A DNA stretch of 20,198 bases from Octopus sinensis. Its lineage: Eukaryota. Under the pieces are notes generated by a model that saw only the letters and a program-made list of their open reading frames with translations, had not been told where the DNA came from and ran no database searches. Where the stretch lies: positions 1-20,198 of the forward strand of contig NW_021824276.1 in assembly GCF_006345805.1 (NCBI RefSeq), given 5' to 3'. Shown piece by piece: positions 1 to 9,343 of the stretch. The translations under genes and the position numbers were made by a program. Within the stretch, counting starts at the first letter, position 1, and each line of letters opens with the position of its first letter.

Positions 1-217
1 ACTTATAAAATGATTTAAGATAACTTATCTATGCATGCTTTTAGTTACGAAACAGTTTTTGTTGTTATATAGAAATTCCCAACGGTTAAATAAATTTATC
101 ATATCATATTTCTCTTTTTATCTATAACCTTATATATATATGTGTGTGTGTATATATATATATATATATTATATATATATATAAAAATATATATATATAT
201 TCTTTCATTCCATTATT

Positions 218-482
218 TTTTACTTGTTTTTAGTCATTTGACTGCGGTCTTGATAGAGCACCGCTTTGAAAGGCGTTAGTCGAACAGATCGACCTCAGGA
301 AAATCTAGTACTTCATTCTATCGGTTCATTTTGCCGAACCGCTAAGTTACAGCAATAACACCGGTTGTCTAGTGGTGGTGCGGGACAAAAACAAACACAA
401 AGACACACACAGAGGTACATATATATATACATACATACACAGGTACATACACAGGTACATACAGACATACTTCATACATACA

Positions 483-555
<73 letters not shown>

Positions 556-714
556 CACGGGCTTCTTACAGTTTCCGCTTACTAAATCCACTCACAAGGC
601 TTTGTTCGTCCCGAGGCCATAGTAGACACTTGCCCAAGGTGCCACGTAGTGGGAAATAACTTGAACAATGTAGTTGGGAAGCAAGCTTCTTACCATACAG
701 CCATGCCTGCGTCT
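218..714 (-). mobile_element. tRNA-derived SINE, family B (Octopus-type, internal TA/TACA microsatellite), near full length
   Basis: Minus strand starts AGACGCAGGCATGGCTGTATGGTAAGAAGCTTGCTTCCCAAC (tRNA-like head with A-box-like motif), followed by ACCTTGGGCAAGTGTCT and an internal microsatellite. The 3' part ends CAAATGACTAAAAACAAGTAAAA. Colinear with the copy at 2658-3033. Confidence 0.85.
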
Positions 715-733
715 ATATACATGCCAATACATG

Positions 734-765
<32 letters not shown>

Positions 766-772
766 AGATAGA

Positions 773-812
<40 letters not shown>
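734..812. repeat. (ATAG)n followed by (AG)n microsatellite
   Basis: Directly visible tandem repeats. Confidence 0.95.
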
Positions 813-814
<2 letters not shown>

Positions 815-1375
815 AGTTTCTTCTTTATGGCCACACAGGGCTGCACACAGATGGGACAATTTACAACGTAGAGCTTTTTCTTTTGGGGGATGAAAAAAAC
901 AAAAAACAAAAGAAACAAAAAGAAAAAAGGGGTGGCGTAGGTTTTTCGATCAAGAGGGATCGTAAAGGAAGAAAAGAACAAAAAAAAAAAATAAAAATAA
1001 AAATAAAAATAAAAAAAGAAGGAAAAGGAACAAAAGAAAAGAGAAACGAAAAAAAAAGAAAAAAGGAAAAAATGGGAAGAGGAGAAAAAAAAAACGATCA
1101 ATAGGGATCGTGTATCACAGTGTTATGATATATGGTGTAAAGGGGAAAGCAAGTAAGGTTTATCCGTGGGAAGAAAAGCCTACGAAAAAGACCACGGTAA
1201 CCTTGGTCAATATTGTTATATGTTACCACATTTGTTTGCAAAGTGGTAACCCTCTGTTTTCAATTTCTGGGTTCATAGGATTATGCTCAACGTGGCTTCG
1301 TCATTCATACGTGCCATCCTTGCTACATTCACCCATCTTTTTTAAAACATTCGCTAGACAAAACTTGCCTCTCTA
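813..1375 (-). mobile_element. 5'-truncated Tx1/L1-clade LINE: last ORF2 codons plus 3' UTR
   Basis: Minus strand from ~1373 translates ERQVLSSECFKKRWVNVARMARMNDEATLSIIL* (stop 1273-1275). This is homologous to the C-terminus of the LINE at 11270-11467 (EREVLPSSEFIKRWSTVARLVRLNGSTLNMLF*). A pyrimidine-rich 3' UTR follows, ending CCCTGTGTGGCCATAAAGAAGAAAC. Confidence 0.75.
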
Positions 1376-1692
1376 AGATAGATAGATAGATAGATAGATA
1401 GATCGATAGATAGATATATAGATAGATTGATTGATAGATAGACAGACAGTTAGATAGATATGATAGATAGATAGAGTGATGATAGATGGATAGCCAGAAA
1501 GATAGACGATAAGCTAGATGATATATATATATATATATATATCTATATAGATATAGAGAGAGAGAGAGAGAGTGATATATATAACTATATAGATAGCTAT
1601 ATGCTTATATATAGATTATATATATAATATATATATAATATATATATATATTATTATATATATATATATAAATAAATAAATATATATATATA
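1376..1692. repeat. Compound microsatellite (GATA)n/(TA)n/(AG)n
   Basis: Directly visible. Confidence 0.9.
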
Positions 1693-2049
1693 TTCACTTA
1701 GATGAATGGTTAAGTGAATAAAATTTGCTAAATCTAATCTAATTGCAACCGTATTGCCGCCACTTTCAAATCGTGATCACTCTCCCGGCCCCGTTCAACC
1801 ACTACAAGAATCTATTGACATGCAACGAACTGTGAACTGACATGAATAAGGTAGTGTACATTCAAACTCGAACGGTATGAAATAGCAGCCAAACCGGTCT
1901 CTAATCACGCCCTGTCCTCTTTAGTATAAAAGGAAGGGCACAATAGGGAATATAGTTGTAGATGTTGCAAAAAAAAAAAAAGTGTGAGAAAATAAGGCCT
2001 GAAAAACACTCATTTATAGAAAACAGTTTCATCTGAGGTTGACCTTGGA

Positions 2050-2333
2050 TTCAACGACATAAGCAAAAACAAGATCTTCAGCAAGGACAACAACAGGCAT
2101 AGCAATAACAACCATAAAAGTGAAAACAACAACAACAAAATCAACTGTAATCAGAATATTAACAAAACTGCAATAACAACATAAATAAGAACAACAACAA
2201 CAGCTTCGACAATAAGAGTAACAAAAGCAACAACAATAGAAGGAACACCAGTAACACCTTACTGCAGCAGCAACGAAAACAACAACAGCAACAACAACAA
2301 CAACAACAACAACAGCAGAGACAGCAGCAGCAA
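2050..2333. repeat. Degenerate (CAA)n/(CAG)n low-complexity tract
   Basis: ACA/AGC triplets with many interruptions. Confidence 0.8.
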
Positions 2334-2335
2334 TA

Positions 2336-2554
2336 TCCTTTCTACTATAGGCACAAGGCCTGGAATATTGAGGTAGGGGGGTCTAGTCGATTACATCAAT
2401 TCCGGTACATGATTGGTGCTTATTTTGTTGACCCCGAAAGGGTTGAAAGGCAAAGTCGACCTCGGTGGAATTTGAACTCAGAACGTAAAGACGAATGAAA
2501 TGCTGCCCAGCATTTTTATCCGGCGTTCTAACGATTCTGCCAGTTTGCCACCTT
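2336..2554 (-). mobile_element. SINE family A, tail type 2
   Basis: Reverse complement shows the head (AAGGTGGCAAACTGGCAGAATCGTTAG), B-box GAGTTCAAATTCC, central GTCGACTTTGCCTTTCAACCCTTTCGGGGTC and tail GGCCTTGTGCCTATAGTAGAAAGGA. Confidence 0.9.
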
Positions 2555-2555
2555 T

Positions 2556-2566
2556 ATAATAATAAT

Positions 2567-2635
<69 letters not shown>
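2556..2635. repeat. (AAT)n microsatellite (likely tail of the split SINE at 2636-3206)
   Basis: Near-perfect AAT run directly adjacent to TCCTTTCTAC, the reverse complement of the tail-2 end. Confidence 0.9.
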
Positions 2636-2657
2636 CCTTTCTACAATACACTTTACT

Positions 2658-3033
2658 ATTTTACTTGTTTCGGTCATTTGACTGTGGCCATGCTGGAGTA
2701 CCGCCTTTAGTTGAGCAAATCGACACCAGGACTTATTCTTTTAAGCCTAGTGCTTATTCTATCGATCTCTTTTGCCGAACTGCTCAGTAAACACACCAGC
2801 ATCGGTTGTCAAGTGACTTTGGGGGGACACACAAACATATACACACACATACATATTTATACATATATACGGCGGGCTTCTTTCAGTTTCCGTCTACCAA
2901 ATCCACTTACAAGGCTTTGGTCGGCCCGAGGCTATAGTAGAAAACACTTGCCCAAGGTGCCACGCTGTGGGACTGAACCCGGAACAATGTGGTTGGTAAG
3001 CAAGCTACTTACCAGACAGCAACTCCTACGCCT
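2658..3033 (-). mobile_element. SINE family B, nested in the tail of a family A SINE
   Basis: Head AGGCGTAGGAGTTGCTGTCTGGTAAGTAGCTTG...CCGGGTTCAGTCCC (B-box-like) and ACCTTGGGCAAGTG. Colinear with 218-714. Flanked by the two halves of tail type 2 (TCCTTTCTACAATA on the left, ATAGGTACAAGGCC on the right). Confidence 0.88.
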
Positions 3034-3206
3034 ATAGGTACAAGGCCTGAAATTTTGGTGGGAGAGGTCAACTCCAGTACATGATTGGTACTCATTTTAT
3101 TGACCTCGAAAGGGATGAAAGGCAAAGTTGATCTCGGTGGAATTTGAACTCAGAAACTTAGAATGTAAAGACGGACGAAGTGCAGCTGTGCAATTTTTGC
3201 CGCCTT
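3034..3206 (-). mobile_element. SINE family A, tail type 2, internally deleted and interrupted by family B
   Basis: Contains GATGAAAGGCAAAGTTGATCTCGGTGGAATTTGAACTCAGAA. The head ends CGCCTT at 3201-3206. Confidence 0.8.
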
Positions 3207-3692
3207 AACAGCCACAGCAACATCGACAACAGCAACAGCAGCAACAACAGTAACAACAACGACAACAACAACAACAACAGTAGCAGCAGCACGAGCAGCA
3301 GCAGCGGGTGAAGATGACAACAACAACAACGACGACGACGACAACAATAACAACGTCAACAACAACAACATCAACAGCAGCAGCAACAACAACAACATCA
3401 ACAGCAGCAACAACAACAACAACATCAACAGCAGCAGCAACAACAACAGCAACCAGAAAAATAACAGCAACATTAACAACAACAACAACAACATCAACAG
3501 CAGCAGCAACAACAACAACATCAACAGCAGCAGCAACAACAACAACATCAACAGCAGCAGCGACAACAACAACATCAACAGCAGCAGCAACAACAACAAC
3601 ATCAACAGCAGCAGCAACAACAACAACATCAACAGCAGCAGCAGCAACAACAACAACATCAACAGCAACAACAACAACAACAACAACAACAT
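3207..3692. repeat. CAA/CAG tract with a 27-nt higher-order unit (CATCAACAGCAGCAGCAACAACAACAA)
   Basis: CATCAACAGCA occurs at 3369, 3396, 3423, 3492, 3519, 3546, 3573, 3600, 3627 and 3657. Confidence 0.9.
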
Positions 3693-4385
3693 TGTCACAG
3701 AATAAATATTGAGTGAAACACGGAAAAAACATAAGCTGGTCATGCTACCCCTTCCCACCACGACCACGACAACCACGACCACCACCACCGCCACCACCGC
3801 TACCGCCACCAACTGCACACTTTCTACAAATTATAATCCACCGCATATCGGAGCTTTTGATGTTATAACGTGTTTGTGCGTCGTTGAATACATAAATTCT
3901 AAAAACCTTCTCCCCCACCCCACCTCCTCCATCTACTTTGCTTTTTAGTGTAAACACTTTCTTCTCCGTCTTTGTTTTGCCGTTTCAGCCAGGTGTGTAG
4001 TTCGGGTGGCGAAAGGGTAGGTGGATAGTTCATTTATTGATAAATTTATTTCATTTGTTTCGCAAATAAACATTGTTTTGAGTCACTTCATTAATGATGT
4101 TAGTCCCCCCCGGATGGAAACCCCCGGGGAAATTGTCCTTTGCCACTTATTTTCAAATTGTGCCCTTCGTGACAGCTTTCCGCAGTCATTGTAACTTATA
4201 GCGAAAACCGAGTAAGACAATGTTTTGCAGAAGAGGTCTAATACGCCTGAAGCATGTTCAAAATTGTCTCCCGTAAATATCAAAGCTAAGAATCACACTG
4301 CAATGCATCCCGCTAATTAATCTTTAAGCAATTTAAATTTCGGATTTATTTCCCTTGCTATTGGCATGACTTTCTGTTGTCATAT

Positions 4386-4472
4386 TGCTCCCAAGAAAAA
4401 GAAGCGGAAGAAAGAGAGACCAGGGCAATTGAAAATATAAAAATCAACTCTAAGACCTTCTCGAAATTTGCA
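4386..4472 (+). pseudogene. Possible relic of a LINE ORF2 (region between endonuclease and RT)
   Basis: Translates CSQEKEAEERETRAIENIKINSKTFSKFA, resembling the 'AIxNIKxNPKxFYxFA' stretch I recall from CR1/L2/Jockey-type ORF2s. Short, recognised by eye only. Confidence 0.35.
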
Positions 4473-4547
4473 GAACACTATTTGCAGAAAATGAGTCGCT
4501 GATTGCCGACCTTACGAGGATCTACATAAAGAATAGGCAATCATCGA

Positions 4548-4625
4548 TTACGTCGACTTCAAATAGAGGATGTTGTAATACCGACCATTGATATGATGAG
4601 CTCGAACTTACCAACTATATATGTA

Positions 4626-4693
<68 letters not shown>

Positions 4694-4765
4694 TAAACTT
4701 ACTTGGAGATAAGAAAACGACGCGAGGCGTTCAATCATATAACAATTTAATAAATAAAACATATG

Positions 4766-4797
<32 letters not shown>

Positions 4798-5166
4798 CAT
4801 ATATGTACATACCTACATCTATATGTATATACATACACATATATATATATATATATATGAGTACAGGACACCACAAATGAACGTAGAACACAACGAGAAA
4901 CGAAAACATAAAATCAAACAAGGAAACGGACTTTTTTTAATAACGAAAAAACAGAGTACAAGACAAACAATACAAAGAATATTCCTCTTCATCAGCTGCC
5001 CCCGTTTCGACTCAATACATGTTTCGAAGGTAAGGGCAGAACACGATCCGGCCGAAACAATCCTTCCTGCAAAATGAATTAAATAACCAACAATAAGGGC
5101 TTTTTTTAAGCCTAGACGGTGTAAAAATTCGTAGAAACGCATTCTGAAGATCGGCTTGCGGAAGAC
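4548..5166. mobile_element. Interspersed repeat 'family P', copy 1 (unclassified; inverted-end structure reminiscent of Penelope-like elements)
   Basis: Homologous to but diverged from 5559-6050 and 6472-6839 (shared ATATAAACTTACTTG, GGCGTTC(A/G)ATCATATAA, GTACAGGACA, AACGAAAAAACAGAGTA). The block 4548-4620 is inverted relative to the other copies. Confidence 0.6.
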
Positions 5167-5181
5167 ATATATATATATATA

Positions 5182-5400
5182 TTTCTCTATTGCCCACAAG
5201 GGACTAAACATAGAGGGGACAAACAAGGACAGAGAAAGGGATTAAGTCGATTACATCGACCCCGGTGCGAAACTGGTATTTAATTTATCGACCCCGAGAG
5301 GATGAAAGGCAAAGTCGACCTCGGCGGAATTTGAACTCAGAACATAACGGCAGACGAAATACGGCTACGCATTTCGGCCGGCGTTCTAACGCTTCTGCCA
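5182..5400 (-). mobile_element. SINE family A, tail type 1
   Basis: TTTCTCTATTGCCCACAAGGGACTAAACATAGAGGGGACAAACAAGG...GTCGACCTCGGCGGAATTTGAACTCAG...CTTCTGCCA. The first ~12 nt of the head are missing. Confidence 0.92.
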
Positions 5401-5423
5401 TATACACATAAACATATACATAC

Positions 5424-5483
<60 letters not shown>

Positions 5484-6067
5484 TATATATAATACATACA
5501 TACATCATACATACATACATACATACATATATATGTATATGTATATATGTATATGTATATATAGTTGGTAAGTTCGAGCTCATAATATCAATGGTCGGTA
5601 TTACAACAACCTCTACTTTGAAGTCGACGTAATATATGTATATAAAACTTACTTGTAAAAGGATGCGTGGCGTTCGATCATATAATAATATAAATAATAT
5701 ATAAATATATGCATATATACATACATAAATATACATACCTACATATATAGTATATATACATGCATATATGGGTACAGGACATAAAAAGCATAAAATAAAA
5801 ACATAGAAACGAACTTTTTTTTCTAACAACGAAAAAACAGAGTACAAGACAAACAATACAAAGAATATTCTCTTCATCAGCTGCCCCCGTTTCGACTCAA
5901 TACATGTTTCGAAGGTAAGGGCAGAACACGATCCGGCCGAAACAATCCTTCCTGCAAAATGAATTAAAAAACAACAATAGGGCTTTTTTTAAGCTAGCCT
6001 AGACGGTGTAAAAATTCGTAGAAACGCATTCTGAAGATCGGCTTGCGGAGACATATATATATATATA

Positions 6068-6283
6068 TTTCTCTATTGCCCACAAGGACTAAACATAGAG
6101 GGGACAAACAAGGACAGAGAAAGGGATTAAGCGATTACATCGACCCCGGTGCGAAACTGGTATTTAATTTATCGACCCCGAAAGATGAAAGGCAAAGTCG
6201 ACCTCGGCGGAATTTGAACTCAGAACATAACGGCAGACGAAATACGGCTACGCATTTCGGCCGGCGTTCTACCGCTTCTGCCA
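6068..6283 (-). mobile_element. SINE family A, tail type 1 (duplicate of 5182-5400)
   Basis: Same diagnostic variants as 5182-5400 (CCCGGTGCGAAACTGGTATTT, AATACGGCTACGCATTTCGGCCGG). Confidence 0.92.
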
Positions 6284-6318
6284 TATACACATAAACATAT
6301 ACATACATATATAATATA

Positions 6319-6410
<92 letters not shown>

Positions 6411-6427
6411 CTATATACATACATACA

Positions 6428-6462
<35 letters not shown>

Positions 6463-7091
6463 GTAATGTATATATAGTTGGTAAGTTCGAGCTCATAATT
6501 CAATGGTCGGTATTACAACACCTCTACTTTGAAGTCGACGTAATATATGTATATAAACTTACTTGTAAAAGGATGCGTGGCGTTCGATCATATAATAATA
6601 TAAATAATATAAATATATGCATATATACATACATAAATATACATACCTACATATATAGTATATATACATGCATATATGGGTACAGGACATAAAAAGCATA
6701 AAAATAAAAACATAGAAACGAACTTTTTTTTCTAACAACGAAAAAACAGAGTAGAAGACACAACACAAAAAATATTCCCCTTCTTCTGTTGTCCCTGTTT
6801 CATCTACTCCGCATTTATGGTTTTATGTTTTCGTTTCTCAAGTAAGAACCAAATGCTTTAACAGAAGGGTTAAAGGGATCATAGCTTTTCAACACCATAC
6901 TAAAAACCACAAAGATCTACGAACCGTAAATGTGAATGTAATCAAGGAATAATTAAAAGATAACAGTTGAACTCAAATCACGGCATGAAACACAAAGAAG
7001 AGCAGCTTTGTACGACTCATTACTTCATTAAAACCTATAACCTAGAGAGGGCTGGAAAAGGAGTTTGAAATAAACAAGCTATTACACTAAT

Positions 7092-7140
7092 GCCGGTGCC
7101 ACAGCATGGCCACACTCTTTGGCTGAAACCATAAAAGAAT
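7092..7140 (+). mobile_element. Degenerate 3' tail fragment of a family B-like SINE
   Basis: GCCGGTGCCACAGCATGGCCACA...GGCTGAAACCATAAAAGAAT resembles the family B end GGCGGTACTCCAGCATGGCCACAGTCAAATGACCGAAACAAGTAAAA (reverse complement of 2661-2705). Confidence 0.4.
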
Positions 7141-7254
7141 ATACATACATATATATATATATATATATTATGTCATATATATATATATATATATAATATA
7201 TATATATATATATGACATAATGGAGGGCCTATAATAATTGTATACGTACACATA

Positions 7255-7853
7255 CAGAACCGTGCAAAAGACTTCAACCACTTTAAACTATTATAAATTT
7301 CTACTAGTTGCCAACAAGTGGATGTTTCATATTATGTTTTTTACAGATGAAACATTGGCCCTGTTGGAGTCATTTCCATACCTAATCATTATATTTTGTA
7401 GTAGGGGTTCTGAATGAGAGCGGAAAATGCGAGACGACTACCAAAAATGGCCATGTAGAAGTTTTCGGCCACCTCACATAAACCAATCAAGATACAGTGT
7501 TTTAAAACAGAAAATTTATTACATAATGTTCATTTCAAGAAATTACTGTACATTGTTAATATTTCTCGTGACTTCCCTTAGCTTCAATAATTACTTCAAT
7601 GAACCTGGAAGGAGATACGTGCAAATCCTTCATCATCTTCACAGGTATGAGATGCCATTCTCTGTGGTAAAACTCCCACAACTCTTCAAAATTGCGTGGA
7701 TTCATCTTATGAACTCTTCTCTTTAGTTCTGTCCACATTTGCTCGATGATATTTAAGTCAGGGCTCTGAGCTGGCCAATTTTTCACTTGTAAGTTGGCAA
7801 TTAATAGAAATGTACAATAGTTTAAAGTGGCCGAAGACTTTTGCACGGTACTG
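7255..7853 (-). mobile_element. Internally deleted (non-autonomous) Tc1-like DNA transposon, 599 bp
   Basis: 61-nt TIRs at 7255-7315 and 7793-7853 (53/61 identical, both starting CAG), with TA on both sides (7253-7254, 7854-7855). Minus strand 7790-7556 encodes LQVKNWPAQSPDLNIIEQMW...RFIEVIIEAKGSHEKY*, a Tc1 transposase C-terminus (WPxQSPDLNxIE motif). Confidence 0.92.
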
Positions 7854-7855
<2 letters not shown>

Positions 7856-7913
<58 letters not shown>

Positions 7914-7924
7914 CGTGTGTGTGT

Positions 7925-7965
<41 letters not shown>

Positions 7966-8077
7966 TTTGTGTATGTACATGTATGGATGTATATGTATGC
8001 ACGTATATATATGTGAGGATATGTGTGTGTGTATAAATATGTACAATCGTAATGCATATACACGGTCATGCGTACGT

Positions 8078-8123
<46 letters not shown>

Positions 8124-8272
8124 GTATATATATTTATACGCATACAAACAAATGCATATAAGCATAAATATATTTATACATACATGCTTATACATATAGA
8201 TGTGATATACATGCACAGCGCACATGTACGCAGGCGCGTGCACACACATACGCACACACATACACACACACA
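7856..8272. repeat. Compound (TA)n/(TG)n/(CA)n microsatellite field
   Basis: Directly visible; source of the YI/VC/HT ORFs. Confidence 0.9.
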
Positions 8273-8720
8273 GAGTTTACATGGTTCCTCTATTGGAGTT
8301 AATTGAAATCCTTGATATTAGAGATTAAAGAATCATCAACCCAGTTTTCCACAGCAGACAGACGGATGTGTCTGAGTATGTTTATAATTAAACTGAACTG
8401 AAATTAAGCACCTTGCTAATTAACTGGACGCGAGACGCCGGAGAAGGTACGCTATTTTAGTCACATAAAAAGCATCTTGTAGTTTTATGAAACAAAAAAA
8501 AATAATAATAAAACAAAGTGTTAACTATAATATAGTGGGCAAATTCTAATGCACGCTTTTGACACCATATATATATATATAAGTAGTGAATGAATTATCC
8601 TATGTTTATCGTGAGCATGGAAAATTCGTTTTAAATTCGAGAGTAAAGGGATTTTGGTTAACGTCTTCGTTCGACTCCATTCTTTCATTTATTCATATAT
8701 TATATATATATATATAATAT

Positions 8721-8756
<36 letters not shown>

Positions 8757-8757
<1 letters not shown>

Positions 8758-8953
8758 CCTTTCTATTATAGGTGCAAGGCCTGAAATTTCATGGAGGGGG
8801 ATAGTCGATTACATTGACCCAAGTACTTAACTGGTACTTAATTTATCGACCCCGAAAGGATGAAAGCCAGAATTTGAACTCAGAACGTAGCGACAGACGA
8901 AATACTGCTAGGCATTTCGTCCAGCATACTAAAGATTCCGCCAGCTCACCGCT
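8757..8953 (-). mobile_element. SINE family A, tail type 2, with a small internal deletion
   Basis: TCCTTTCTATTATAGGTGCAAGGCCTGAAATTT...ATCGACCCCGAAAGGATGAAAG[deletion]CCAGAATTTGAACTCAGAACG...CCAGCTCACCGC. Confidence 0.9.
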
Positions 8954-8954
8954 G

Positions 8955-9021
8955 TAGATATCTGTATATATGTTATGTATGTATGTATGTATGTATGTAT
9001 GTATGTATGTATGTATGTATG

Positions 9022-9085
<64 letters not shown>

Positions 9086-9131
9086 TGTATGTATGTATGT
9101 ATGTATATATGCATGTATGTATATACATATT
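8955..9131. repeat. (TATG)n/(TA)n microsatellite
   Basis: Directly visible. Confidence 0.9.
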
Positions 9132-9343
9132 TACACATATTTGTTGGATGGCCGTTGACTGCTCATGAATTCCTCCGCCCTTTGACAGGTCTTATTTTTC
9201 ATCCCACAGGGTGTCCAAGAATCACCCTCCTCACCAAGGAAGCCTGCTGGGGTTGCCAGTTTAGTCGCTGACGACCCTGACTATGCAACAGGTTGTACTG
9301 GATTACATGTTACAAGTAGCACTTAAAACTGACCTCACATGTA

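Larger units (their letters stand above)
4942..6753. repeat. Near-identical tandem duplication, units 4942-5827 (886 nt) and 5828-6736 (909 nt)
   Basis: Anchor AACGAAAAAACAGAGTA at 4942, 5828 and 6737. The intervening sequences, including a family A SINE and microsatellites, are nearly identical and differ mostly by 1-nt indels. Confidence 0.92.

Noticed and set aside
365-659. ORFs with YI/HT/TY repeats (and similar ORFs at 4559-5226, 5386-5877, 6269-6768, 7758-8306, 8929-9271, 13879-14468, 17658-17936)
   Set aside because: They are translations of (TA)n, (TACA)n and (TG)n microsatellites and SINE sequence, with no domain-like content.
883-1104. Lys-rich ORF and the opposite Phe-rich 169-aa ORF
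   Set aside because: They lie in the low-complexity pyrimidine-rich 3' UTR of the Tx1-like LINE.
3150-3818. Long poly-L, poly-V and mucin-like T/S/A ORFs, and a possible poly-Q exon
   Set aside because: All derive from the CAA/CAG tract. The Q frame has several TAA/TAG stops, no splice signals or non-repetitive coding flanks are evident, and open frames are expected in such repeats.
4388-4425. NLS-like PKKKKRKK reading
   Set aside because: It is a short purine-rich stretch with no ORF context. The alternative frame fits a LINE ORF2 relic better.
9268-9295. CTGACGA followed by the CCTG/CAGG hairpin as a hammerhead
   Set aside because: No GAAA, stem III or stem I follows.
9135-9341. Complex segment resembling the 3' end of an Octopus retroelement
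   Set aside because: This rests only on vague recollection. There is no second copy, coding motif or tail within the window to support it.
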